From Camelus ferus (lineage: Eukaryota): DNA of 64,000 nucleotides. This document shows, piece after piece, positions 49,248 through 62,421 of this stretch. Position numbers and translations under genes: made by a program. Under the pieces are notes generated by a model, which was not told the DNA's origin, ran no database searches, and worked only from the letters and a program-made list of their open reading frames with translations. Within the stretch, counting starts at the first letter, position 1; the number at the start of each line of letters is the position of its first letter. The stretch spans positions 22,508,001-22,572,000 of the forward strand of contig NC_045697.1 in NCBI RefSeq assembly GCF_009834535.1, written 5' to 3'.

Positions 49248-52200
49248 TATAGAGGGGAGAAGGGGACATGAAAACTGGGAGATGTGAATGAAGAAATTCT
49301 ACAGCAATGAGAGCACTTTAAATCCTTTAAAAGGATAAAGCTCTGAAAGCATAGACCACCTGACAAGGTGTGACAGCCTCATCTTTGTGAGGCATTTGAA
49401 GGGGTCTCCATAGCTGTCTGAACCCGAGGAACTGTGACTCTCCAGTCTCTGAAACAATCCTGATGAGTTTCAAGGCAGCCCAGGAAGGTTCTGCCTGAAA
49501 GACAGCATGAAATCATTCCTAACATACGAGGCTTTAAAATAATGCGGCATGTTGTCAGGTGTACTGGTTATAACTGTCTCCAGGAGCAAAGGGAAGAGCA
49601 TTATCTACACACGTATCACGGCTTCTTTCTAGTTCTGTCATCATCAAGATCCACCCGGAAGCTACTGAGCAAAATGACTGACTCGGGCACCTTCATCCTT
49701 GAGAAGGTGACACAAACGATGAAAGCCGTTTCTCCAGGTGTGACAGAGAAACGAGAGGTCGATTTTGAGTTTTCATTTGGACAAGACAGCCTTATGCCCT
49801 CCTGAGAGTGCAGCAATCCAATGTTGTTATAAAACTGACACACCTTTGGTAGTCAAAAAGGAAGATGATACTTTTTAAAAAAGGAAAATAATCTCAAAAT
49901 TTGGGCAGAAGTATGTCCTTGGCCTTCAGGAAAACATGGAAGCCAAGGCAGAAGTCCTACGTGTTCCTCTGTTCTTTTCTTCCCCCGTGTTCTGCGTTAC
50001 TACTTGCTAAATCAATTGCAGCTGCCTACCTTGGTCCAGTGCATTTAAACCCTTTTTTGGGGCCTCTGTAGCCCCCTTTGAGAATTTCACCCATAACTCC
50101 TTACCAATTCCCTAAGCTGTCTTGACTTCTCTACCAGAAAATTGTTCTTATATTTATAACATCTTTCTGAGAATATTTCACCAAGCTGCTAACAAAACTC
50201 TGTTTTATACAACCAATGAATTATGCCTTCAATGTCTTTTTCTCCCTGCATGATGTCCTAGATTAATGCACTATATAATGTTTGTTAATACAACCATGTT
50301 TCTTCTTTAAAAGTCATTAAGAGCATTTTAATAAGCATTGAAATGATCAATGTGTTAATTGGCTCCAGATAATGTTTATCAAATATTCAGGAAGAGAAAA
50401 CAAAGTACTGTATGGCAAATAATCCAATTCAAGGAAGTCGTTTTATTGGGAGAGATCTGCTTAAATAGGGCTAGAATTTCAACACTAAGAGCTTTTTTAA
50501 ATACAAATGGTGAAAAGAGGTAAGAATTAGCTTAAGTAAAAGTTAATGCAACATTAGGTTTGCAAATTCAATTGAACGAAGTTAGAAAAATTGAAGTTTA
50601 CGTTACAAGGATAAGTTGAAATTATGTTCTCTGGTTTTGTGTGATAGACCACATGGTTTTCACCTTGCGCAGTATTATTTGCTAATATAATGTTCTCCAT
50701 GGCAGAACTGATGACATAAATAATAATTTCTCCTCATTCTGAATTTGAGGGCCTGTCTGGTCCTAGGGAAAAGAAGTTATTCCATACAGGTCAAATTTAA
50801 TACTTATCCTAGTTTATTTCTGCTTTTCCATCTTTAAATGAAGGACTACAGATACGGATGTGGACAGAGAGAGAGATTATCTAAATACCCATCTATCTAT
50901 CAATTATCTATCTCTGTGCATATATGTAATTTTTGTCATTTCACACTATCTAGCAGAAGTATTTCAAACTGTTATTAAAAAGTTAAATTTTGCACAAAAA
51001 TAAAAATGAATGAATGGATAAAATAAAGGCATATTTCATTTTTCCCTCAAAGCTCAGCTGAAAAAAAAGGGCAGGTCTGGCTGAAGAATGACAGGAGTAT
51101 AGCTGTCGTCTGTGTTAAAACTCTACAGAGAAAGCAAAGAAAATGTTCAAGGGCCTGGGGTTAATAAAAGGTCCAGGGTCATCTTTTACCTAAAAGTGCA
51201 GTAGCATTTCTAATGTTGCATAAAAACGCTTGTGCTCCCAAGAGAGCAGCGAGCCCTTTCAGAGCCTCCACGTTCCTCATGGCAAACAGCTATGTCAGTG
51301 TACTAGGAAAATTTGACTTGATGCCTCTTGAACATTCATTTCCAACTTTGTGTTAATTTTTTTTTTCTTATAGCCAAATGGAGACAAAGAATATTAGAAT
51401 TTTCTGATCTGGGACCTAAAGTTGGTCCATTGCATTTACATTTTATTTTCACAGGGCAATTAAGCTGACATTAAAGCCAACACTGATGTTCCACACCACT
51501 TAGAATGGGGAATTTTTTTCCCAGCAAGTTTATTGTCACTGAAGAATTTAGGATTAGAGGGGCCATAGAAAGCAAGATTTGCAAGTGAACAAAATATGGT
51601 TTACATGAAGAAAGTCATTAATATTTCTCTAAATGTGAACTTAGCAGAGGAAGAGTATAAAAGGGGAATTTTACATTTTAAGATCTGAAGATTTATGGAA
51701 TTTTAAGGAAATAAATGTTCTGAGTGATTAGGTGAGAGAAAAATGAGAAAAACCCAATGAGTCCAATATAGATATGACAGAAATCCTATATTTTATCATG
51801 TAAATTCTTACTGAATTTTCTGTGGTATTTCCCTACAGTGCAAGAAATAGCTTGTCAGACATATCTGTTAGAAAGAAGATATAATATACTTGGAAATATA
51901 CATAATGTTTTGGTCACATAAATTTCTGATTATTCTTTAAGTAAAGAAATTATTATTCAAGATTACACTTATTTTCAACATCACTGTACATTTTAAAAAT
52001 AAAAATAATTTTATGATGCAAATTAAAGCTGTTGGCATAAATTATTCTGTAAGCCATGGACAGTCCAATGCCAAAAAAAACTGAGTTATTGTTTCTGTTT
52101 ACTGCTTATATTGTGCTAAAAATACTACTACAAAATATTCTGATTTTCTAATCTATTACAATTATTTCTGCTGCAGAATAGCTTCCACAAGATGAGTAAA

Positions 52201-52579
52201 GAATTTAAGAACACCTTGCCTTTGTTAGAGAGCTACATATTTGCACAGTTATGTTAGGTTTAATACAGTGCTGAACATATGATGGCATCAGGCAGTGTTT
52301 GCATCATAAAATGAGGTGTGGTGTGATTTATTACTTCCTCCCTCAATGAAGGAAATGAGCAAGACTTCTGTGCCTCCTACTTCTCAGTCAGGAGCGTGCA
52401 GGAAGTTAGCTGTCAAAAGTTCTTTGAACTGTATCACCAACACTGGCTCCTGGAAGCCAGGGCCATATTAGACAATTAAGAAGGCAACAAACAAAGTAAA
52501 TATGTAGTTGACAGCTGCAGCTAAAGAGAGGTGTGATGTTTTCCAAAACTCAAAACAGTAACTTTAGTTGAAGAGGCGA

Positions 52580-52720
52580 TTTGTGCAAGTTATTTATACA
52601 TTCTGAGCCTCAGTTCCCTCATTTTAAAAGCGGGGTTAACAGTACTTATTTGTAAAAATTACATGGAAGGAAGTTATTTCAATGTCTGACACATAGCAAA
52701 TACTCAAGAATGCTATATTT
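52580..52720 (+). mobile_element. MIR SINE fragment
   Basis: GCAAGTTATTTATACATTCTGAGCCTCAGTTCCCTCATTTTAAAAG ... CTGACACATAGCAAATACTCAAGAATG. Confidence 0.75.
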
Positions 52721-53597
52721 TACTTGATATTAAAATATTTCACTTAAATGGAAATAGTAAGCTTTTCTCTCCTGAGAGTGTGTGTATACATACGTGTGTA
52801 TATATGTGTATACATTTATTTATTTGTAGTGTGTATACAATATACTTAAGATACATATAGTGTATTTTATTTAAGAGAGCACCAAACTTGCTGTAGGGTT
52901 TAGCTTTATTGTTTGTCTTTGTATGGGCCAATAGGAGAGTAAAATTTGCCCAATATGTCCCTGCCTGTAAAAGAGTTTGTTAAAATTAGGCTTAACTGCA
53001 ACCAGGGGTTCTTTCTTTTTACGTAGCCTGCTAACCAAGCTTAGAATCACAATGATGATCACAAGTCAACTTTAAATTCCACAAGGAGATGAACCTCCAT
53101 ACTTGGTACAGAAATTAATAGTGTTCTAAAAATTGCTAGTTACACAGTACATCATTTAATCCTTAGAACAACTAATGGATAATTGGTCAAAGTCAAACAG
53201 AATTGACCCAGTGAAGACTAGAACCCAAGTTTTTAAGTGTCTGTTTTACTCCTAATTAATCCTCACTGCCCCAGATTGCTGAGTTTCACTACCACAAATA
53301 TCTTGTGTAATGCCAGTGAAGGTGATGTGACAGTCTCTGTGATATACCAAATTGTACACAGGAATAATTGACTCCCCTATTATAGGAGCAAACATCCCTG
53401 GTAACTTTGATTTTGTGTCCTAGAGATTTGCATTGACTTAGAATTGTCTTTGTTGTTATTAGTGCACAAATTCTACTGATTTCCAGAATTAAATGTTATT
53501 TCTCAGTGTTTGCAACCCTAAAAGTAAAGGTAAAACTCTGTTCATCATATATGGAGTCAGTTTTCCTGCAGCGTCCACTAAGGAAAATAACATAATG

Positions 53598-54156
53598 TGT
53601 TATTGTTGAAAGCAGCCCTTTTGTCCCTTTCCTCCTCACCCATTTCTGTCCCCCTCTAACTTTAAAAGAAACTAATTATCAGAATGAGATCACTAAGCAA
53701 CTGAAACGAAGCCCTGACGTAGGCTCTCCTGGATGCACACCATGCCTTGTTTACCCCGCTGACATTTTCTTAGATAAAAAGAACTAAGAATGAAGAGTGA
53801 AGTAGTTGAAGAGTGATTAGCTCCCGACCCCCAGCAGCCCCTTAGCCATCCTGCGGGCAGGTCACAAGTCAAGATAGCATCTGAAGGGCCAGCCAGCCTG
53901 CACGCACAATGGACAGTGACGAACAACCCAACTTCTTGCCTCAGTGATTCACTCAGTTTCTTCCCCCTCACTTTTCCCTTTAAAAACTGTCGTGGCTGAG
54001 CAGAATCTTCGGAGATGATCTCTGGACATGAGTTCACCATTTCCCCAGAGTACTGACTTTTCTGACTAAAGCACCTTTCCTTTCCACTGACACTTGCCTC
54101 TCAAATTAAGCCATTGGCTTTTGAGCACTGAGCAACTGACCTTGAGTTCAGAAACT
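53598..54156 (+). mobile_element. ERV1-type solo LTR
   Basis: Starts TGTTA. Has TATA-like CCCTTTAAAAAC (~53977), a decayed polyA signal ACTAAA (~54065) and a U5-like end TTGGCTTTTGAGCACTGAGCAACTGACCTTGAGTTCAGAAAC. No PBS follows. Confidence 0.7.
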
Positions 54157-55249
54157 TTGTTACTGAAAGTTTTGAAAAGAAGTTGCTAATAAAAAAAAAA
54201 AATTGGAAAACTTTTAATATTAGCTATATTTTGTAAACATAACCACATTCAAATTTATAAGCCTTTGGAATGTTTTCAATAGTTACATAGCACACTTTGA
54301 ATACAATTAATTATGCATATGTGTATGAGTGGGTTAATATGTATAATATCTATAAATTTTATAAAAATCAGTAATGGAGCTACTTGGGAAATTAATATCT
54401 TCATCTAATTTTTATTTAAAATGGAAAGAAAATACAAACAATAAGAACAAATTCCATTTACTATCAAGCACTGAAATAATGCTTGTATTAAGAAATATAT
54501 ATACACCCATAAAACATTAAAACAAATATATTATTTGTTATATTTTATTTTCTCCAAATCACATAGAAAATATTTTAGCAAACAGTCAGGGAGAGTAAAT
54601 TTTTCTAAACATACTCATGTGTTTCCCAGACATAAAATGCTGCTGCAAAAGCTGAAAGTTCAGGATGCTTCACTGGCTGCCAACATACTCTTTCAGTCTT
54701 CAGCTAATTTCCCAGCTAGAGTGCAAAATCATCTTTTGAGAGTCCAATGATAAAGAAGGACAAATCATTCTTTATTAAATATCCCTCATCAAAAAAAAGA
54801 ATTATCTAAATTTTGGAAATGATGGTTGCTATCATGGACATCAATGTGCTCAGGGAGTGAAATCCTTGAGAACTTTGGTTTTATTTTTAATTCTCTGTTT
54901 CAACAAAGAAGGATGCAAGATGCATTTTTTTTTTGATTTTTGCATCTTTCTTTTGGTTATTTCAAAACAATGAGCTTGATTTAGATAATTCTTTGGAAAC
55001 AACTGAAATATTTTGTGAATAGTAAGTGCATTTCCCTGAGAAATGATTAAAACTTTTACACAAAGACATTTCCTTTGTTTCTTCTATTCTTAAGAATTTT
55101 ATTTTGCCTCTGACTTTTCACCAGGCTGTCCTACATACTCCTCTTAGGCTCTGTTAACAGGCAATCTGAAATACAGTAGAAAAATGTCTAGTTTAATTTG
55201 TTGAACTGAATTAATCTGGATTTTCAGAACTAATTCTTTAATGTTTTCT

Positions 55250-56150
55250 TTTTAGATACACTTTATTTTTTAGAGTAGTTTTAGATTCATAGTAAAATTG
55301 AGCAGAGGGTACAGTTCCCGTATCCCCTCTTCTCCTATGCATAAACAGTCTCCCCAGTTATCAACATCTTGCATTAGCCTGGTATGTTTGTTACAACTTG
55401 TGACCCTACATTGACACCTAGTTATCATGCAAAGTTCAGAGTATACATTAGGGTTCACTCACAGACATTAAGGTTAATTATTGATTGAATTTCTTTAAAA
55501 GATATAGGCCTATTCAGATTATCTATTTTTCTTGTGTGAGTTTTAGCAGATTATGTCTTTCAAGAAATTAACCCATTTCACCTGGGTTATCAAACTTTTG
55601 AGCATAAAGTTGTTAATACTATTCTTTTATTCGCCTTTTGATCTCCGTGGGATCTATAGTGATGCCCCCTCTTTCATTTCTGAAATTAATCATTTGTGTC
55701 ATCTTCCCTCCTTGCCTTCTCTCTGTCTCTTTTTCCTTAGTTAGCTTGGGTGGAAACTAATTGATTTTAGAGATCTTTTCAAAAAACTAAGTTTTGGTTT
55801 CATTGATTTAAAAAAAATTTAATTTCCTAATTTTAATTTCATTAATATCTGCTCAAATTTTTATGACTTCTTTTCTTCTGCTTAGTTAGGATTTAATTTG
55901 CTCTCCTTTTTCAAGTTTCCTAAGGTGAATGCTTAGATTATTGCTTTTAGATTTCTCCTTTTTTCTAATATATGCATTGAAAGCTATATATTTCCCTCCA
56001 AGGACTGGTTTCACTGCATCCCACTAACTTTGGTAAGTTGTCTTTCATTTTCACTTAGTTCAAAGAATTTAAAAACATTTCCTTTGAGATTTTTTCTTCC
56101 ACCCATGTATTACTTGGAATCGTCTTGTATAATTTCTAAGGACTGAGGAT
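55250..56150 (-). mobile_element. L1MC-like element: 3' end (55250-55460) joined to an ORF2-internal segment
   Basis: TTTAGAGTAGTTTTAGATTCATAGTAAAATTGAGCAGAGGGTACAG ... CATTAGGGTTCACTC, then GATATAGGCCTATTCAGATTATC ... TTCACTGCATCCCAC. Confidence 0.85.
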
Positions 56151-56777
56151 TTTTACTAAATCTGTTTTAAATCATACTTTAGGATTTGTTTCTTCCTGAA
56201 ATCTATGAATAAAATTATTATTAAGAATAATTTGTTTCCATATATATTTGATTTTATTGTCCAAAATATATAACTTGATTTCCCTTTCCTAATAAAAATA
56301 GAGCCAGTATGTGAGTATATATTACATAGCCTTGGCCAGAACAGGGTTTCTGAGGTATATTGAGGAAGGAAATGGAATTACATATTAAAATGTTTATGGA
56401 TCTCACAAAGAAATTTAATATTTAGTTCTACAAATTCTTAATTTTCTCCCTTGGTAGTTGGGGAAGTGCTCTAAATAGTAGATATTACTTATTCCATAAT
56501 GCTACTCAGAGAAGTAATGTTTTCAATGTAGTACAATTTTAAGGGGAAAAGCCAAGATTTAAACCCTGATTTAAAAAATTTTATTTTGCTCACTGTTTAA
56601 CAAAACATATAACCAGATAAATATACACATCTATGAACAAATACTGTCAATGCTTGATAAGTTAAAATCACCTGTTAAATAGTGAGAAAAAGTTTGAGCC
56701 TTTTTGTTCCTGTTATTAATCTTTGAGCATTGCTTTGACCAAGATGTTTTGCAATGATTTTTTTATTTGTTCTAGAT

Positions 56778-59185
56778 TAACTATATCCAATATAAATAAA
56801 ATATGAGACATGTATATAAATTTAAATTTTATGAATGCTTCATATAAAAGTAAAAAGAAGCAAGGAAATTAATTTTAATAACATGTTAACATAATCTTAT
56901 ATATCCAAAACTTTGTTTCAGTATAAATCAATATAAAATACTGAGTCATTTTACATTCTTTTTTTGGCACAGTCTTTGAAATTCAATATGTGTTTTTTAC
57001 TTACAACAAATCTCAATTTAGATGCTAAATATTCATCAGAAATATTTTACTTCTATTTAAATTTCATGATGTTTTCAGCTAAATATATAAAATTGGACAT
57101 CAAAATTCTTCCAAATATGTATTTCTCAAATAAAGAATTGATTAAAAATAATTTTCCTCTAATATTTGCATTTTTTTGATAAAGTTGATTCAGTCTTTCA
57201 AAAAGAGTTGATTTGAGAAAAAACAGTAATTTAAATATTACATTTAAGTATTTTTGTGTCAATTTGTTTTATTAACATTGAATTCAAAGCAATACTGTAT
57301 AGATTGAAAAGCAACTCTGAATATATCAACAGAATATTTCTGTAATTTTTCTTGTAGTTTTGCAGGCAATTTATAGAATGCTGTTGATTACAATAGAAAT
57401 TCCTTGCCATTGATTCATGTCAGAAAATTATGTAAAATATTATTACTGCATGAAAAGTTGAGATTTCATCATAAATTGTCATACTTGTCTCTCTAGGTAA
57501 CACGAAGATCTCCATCTACATGAAGCTTCATATTCAGCATATTCATATTAATTTGATATTGATGAGAAAATGCAAATCACAGGGCATTTAAATTGCCTTT
57601 CACTGTTGAATGTTTAGCAAGCATTCTTTTTGTTTCAAGAAAATCTTGAATTGGAGTTAACAATATGGTAAATCTTTGTAAAAACCCTTCCACTAGTCAG
57701 AGAGTCTTGCCAAAGAACACACTATCATTATTTTCTATCTATTTCAAAAGCTTCATAAACTGGTGATGTTCAAAACACTTGTGCAAATACATGGAGTAAT
57801 TTTAACCAGTAAACCTGTGACGGTTTTCATAGAGTCAGCTGCTGTTCAGTGAGCACACGTGTTTTCCATATGCATTAAAGAGAGGAGTGGAGCAATGTAG
57901 AAAACACCAATCTCTCAGATATTTGGGGTTTCTCATATCATGATAGAAAATTTTTCCATATCTTACTGAAATTTTTCTCTGGCCAATGTAAGAGTATTAG
58001 GTATACAAGTAAAAGATATAAAATATCTATTCCATGAGTTTCCTTAATAGGCCCTATTGATATTTCTTCATAAAAGTGAAAGTCCTTTGGTATTAAAAAT
58101 GGCTCATCTAAAGCTAAGAAAAAATAATTACAATTTATCAAATTTTGGATCAATCGATATTTGATATTGTTTAAGCAAAAGGTCTTGTGTTGAACTGGTA
58201 ATTGTTTGATGACTTAATAGAATTTTTAAAAGTTTTTGTAAACTATTTTCTTTAACTTTTTCACAATTTTCTTTAAAAATCACCAACATTGAAATATTTC
58301 TTTTTTTACCATCACTCCAAAAAACAATTTTCTTTTTATGTAAGAATCATCTGCATTATAGTTTGTGAAAAGTACAAGATCAGATCATGTTAACATTTTT
58401 TATATTTAATTTTGAATTCAGGTCATCAATTTTATCAAGTTTTTTGACTATTGAGAGGAGATTTCTTAAGAAATTTACTTTTCTGGCTGAAAAGGTCTGT
58501 TCCTGTTGTATACCTTATTATTTTTAATACTATTTTACCCAACAAACAGAAAGCTTTTCCATTTTATTCTGTCATAACCAAGTGCAGTTGCACTAATCAT
58601 GAAATCTGCAGCCAGTCTTCCGGTCTTTTTGATTTTTATCACTGGCATGGCAGTGGTAGTTTAAGTTCATGTGTTTTGCATCAATACTATTATGCCTTTG
58701 TTTTAAATTTTAAATTTTATTCATACACTTTTTTCAATTTGAAAAGAAATTATAATTTAAAAAAATCAATCTTTCCATTTCATTATTATTATTTACATAT
58801 GTATCTATGGAACATGCTGTTTCACAACATTTTAAAACATATTACAAAGTTACATTTATGCATCAAAGAACAATTGAACTGTAGTAATTTGTTGACACCA
58901 ACTAGACTGCCGATAAGTTTATTTATAACGTTAGAAGCAATGCATGCATTGAACATGGCCACTACAATTCACAGCAATGCTATCTAACAAAATTCAAGTG
59001 AAATGTAATCCAACAAAAATAGCAACATTGTGTGTGATGCAAAAATATTATACAATGATGCAATGTTTAACTTTAATTACAATTAATTAAATTACATTAA
59101 ATTTTTAGTTCCTTAGCTCCACTAGTCACATTTAAGGTGCTTAGTGGCCACATGTGGCTAGTGGCTACTGTATTGGTCAGGTCAG
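56778..59185 (-). mobile_element. Near full-length Charlie5-like hAT transposon (parent family of MER33/MER3) with decayed transposase
   Basis: MER33-like left end and terminal GCCACATGTGGCTAGTGGCTACTGTATTGG. 8-bp TSD TTCTAGAT (56770-56777) / TTCTGGAT (59186-59193). Minus-strand ORF 57938-58153 has CNYFFLALDE (hAT catalytic-D motif F.laLDE), and LMHMENTCA near 57860-57890 resembles CiiHqEnlcA. Confidence 0.88.
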
Positions 59186-60538
59186 TTCTGGATGGTCCTA
59201 CTATATTCTACAAACTTGGTGATGTCAGTGCAATACAAAACCTGCTAAAATGTCAGAGGTACCCAAATGTATTTGTTGAACATTTAGGTTCAATTCAACT
59301 CTTGTTGCTACTCTCAGATTAGAAGAAACAATAAAGTTCATGGTTTGCTGCAAATCTTCTGAAAGACAAATGAAATGTAACATTTTATGACATGAAATAT
59401 TTTAATTATTTTTTCCCACACCTTGTTTCTTCTGCCTTTGCTTGCCATTCTGTTACTTTCACATCGTTCGTGTTAATTTTATACATTCTGAAATCCATCT
59501 TACTCTTCACTGTTTTCTTTTTGCTTTCTCCTCTCAAATTTTAATTGAATTTCTTTTTTTCACTTCTTATGTGTCATCTCCCTTCCTTGTTTTCCTTCTT
59601 CCTTAGTTTGTTTGGAAACTGCAAATATGGGGGGATTAGAATGACATCCGTTTAAGTGGAGCATATTGCATAGAATGTCTCACCCATAGTGATCAAAAAG
59701 TATTATGACATTCATCTGCAGGAAGCTCTTAACATCCATCAACAGACTTTTCTGGCCTCCTTTGTTGTTGAAATGTGAATTCTGAATAAGGACATCACAG
59801 AAGACTATAAGGTCAAAAGTGAAATGTATTACTTTCCAGATGAAACACTGTAATGTGTGTGCTGATTATAATTAGCATTCTAAATAAGGGTGTTTCAGAG
59901 TGCCACAAAAATATGTTCTTTTATGCTCTTTCAAAATCTTTCATCAGATTTGTGGGGTGGAAATGCTAAAAGCAATTAAGGCCTTTGCCTTCTTTTCTAT
60001 AGATATAATGTAGATGATTCTCTGTTTGTTAAAATATCTCAAAGTAAAGTGGTCTTTTAATTGCACATTACTGTAGACATTTTTGCTATATTCAATTTAA
60101 GACATGTCAAATAATTCTCTATGGAAAATAACAAATAAAAATCACATCATAACTACCAATTCTTTATCAACTTCTTCTTTCTTCATCTGTTATGTTAAAT
60201 ATGATAGGAGAAGAGATACTCAGTTATTTCTGTTAAAAATCATAAACTGTTTTTATCTGTAAAAGAGAAATGGGCAGGGAGGCAGAGGAAAGAACAAAAA
60301 CCTAGAATCAAATGTATCAGCTGGAATGTACAGTAGTGATTGCATTTCCATATGATAGTCCAATCAGGTTTCTCATTTACAGGTATTTCATAAGAGAAGT
60401 GAGATATCCTAAAACCTGGTGATTGAGTCTTCTGTCCTTTTAGGTTCATTATCTTACCGTAAGAGCTCATTTATCACATCTCATCCCTGGCACCCACACT
60501 GCATGGGGAGTGGGCATCTTTATTTCAGGAATACTCAG

Positions 60539-60735
60539 CTGGGGCAGGCAAACAACAGCTTTATGGCCAAATTGGGCACTTAATCTTTGTATGCTCCACC
60601 CCAGCTAAGAAAAAAATTTAAAATATTTAGAGTTGTCTAAAAAAAATTATTTGGGGCAGAGACCACAAGTGGACTGCAAAGCCTAAATTATTTACAATCT
60701 CTCTACAGGAAAAAAAATAAAAAAGCCAATCCCTG
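60539..60735 (+). mobile_element. MER58C-like hAT-Charlie MITE
   Basis: GGCAAACAACAGC ... GGCCAAAT ... GCTAAGAA ... CAGAGACC ... GCAAAGCCTAAATTATTTAC ... GCCAATCCCTG. Confidence 0.75.
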
Positions 60736-62149
60736 ATTTATGAGGAAAAAATATCCTTCTAAATTGACAATATTATTCGATGTCTCATGCAGTACTTGAT
60801 CATGACTTTCTAAATAAATTTAATAAAAAATCTGTTACATTTTTTCCCCATTTATTTTCTGAAACTCACCAACTTGTGTGTACATACATAGTGTGGTCAC
60901 TTTGTTATTACTCAGTTTTTCAGGGAGTTCATACTCTTTACTCCATGGAAATCGATTCCAGCCAATATTCCAGTGAATTTCATGTTTACTAAACCTAACT
61001 AAAATAATACACATTTGCTCACACAGCATCTCAGTTTGTATAAAGTTCCTTAAAATATAATTGCACAGATAGCTATTAAAGAATCTCTATTTGGCCACTT
61101 TGCTATTAGTATTTAAAATATTGCTTTCATTTGTGAATTATCACCTTAGATAACTCTAGTCATCTAGGAGGTGACTATTTTTAACTCCTTAATCAAAATG
61201 TGGATAATCTCTGATTCTTTAAAGAAACCAAATTGGTTCTTGAAGTGTTAATTTACTGTCTGAATGTAACATGATCCATTATTTTCTTATCACTGAACTG
61301 CATTACCATCTGATCTTTAAGAAAGTCACATTATATGAAATGACAGACTTGACCTCAAAACCTCTTTTCTGTTGTGCATGTCACAGTGTTCTTAAACTAG
61401 AAGGACATTTCATGTTTAATATATATCATTTTCAACATTAAGACTAAGAATTTGCAATGATTGAATTTGTTTTCTGTGCATCAAATATTGAAGTTCTACC
61501 TATACAGAGGTCCTGTTTTAATAATAATATAAAATGCAGCCTTATTATTTCTTTCACATAGTTAAGAGTGTTACAGACCAACTTTCTTTCTTTCAAATAC
61601 CTGTAACCTATTTCAATCCTGTTTTCACTGTATCTAAGCATCGTAAAGATTCCAAATCACCACATGTTTATTTTCTTTCATTTTAGTCGGGTTATTTGAG
61701 GATTAAACAACCTGAAGACGCAGCACTAATTACCTCAAATGATCATGCCTAGAATGCGGTCTATTAGAAATAAGGAGATCATTTCTATAATCCTTCAAGT
61801 GCAAACAAAAACACTGTTAAAATTTAAATTTCAAAATTTCAAATACCACAGTTCTGTAGGGGTCCTAGGATACCTTTTCCATAAGATGATTATTCTTTCC
61901 TATTAAAAAGTGAAAGCTACTGAAATCCCTGGGAGCAAATTAGGACTTCAGCACCCCCCAAAGATTTCTGTAAAGCTAGCTCAGTGGAGGTAATTCTATA
62001 AGATCTTGTCAACAATGTCAATCTTTCTTCTTCTCTACTCAGATTGACGTTTCCCTAGTCCTAGAGAGGAATATAAAAACTCCATTTCAATTCCTTTACG
62101 TTTTCAAAATGAATTCCCTGAAGGTCTCTGATTTTTCATTCATTATTTT

Positions 62150-62330
62150 TAATGTGACCACTTAATGGATGTTTGCTATTTGTCAGAATCCTCCTCCACA
62201 CAATAACCCTATATGAGATGATTATTGATATTTTTATTTTAGAAAGTAGAAAACTAAGGCTTGAAATGATAACCTAAAATTATACAACTAGCATGCTATA
62301 GAATTGATGTTTTATTCCAAATGCTGCCAA
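62150..62330 (-). mobile_element. MIR SINE, degenerate
   Basis: CAATAACCCTATATGAGATGATTATT ... ATTTTAGAAAGTAGAAAACTAAGGCTT. Confidence 0.55.
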
Positions 62331-62421
62331 CTTAAGCAGCCATGAAATTGTTCACTACTTTACATTAAAATTCATTCATAGGCATGATACTTGGGAAAAG
62401 AGATCACATATTTAATATTCT

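Noticed and set aside
53693..54040. 115-aa minus-strand ORF
   Set aside because: It lies entirely within a solo LTR.
58451..58987. Longest ORF in the window (178 aa, + strand)
   Set aside because: It lies antisense to the Charlie5 transposase region, starts at a non-ATG codon, is F/L/Y/N-rich as expected from AT-rich DNA, and has no recognisable domain.
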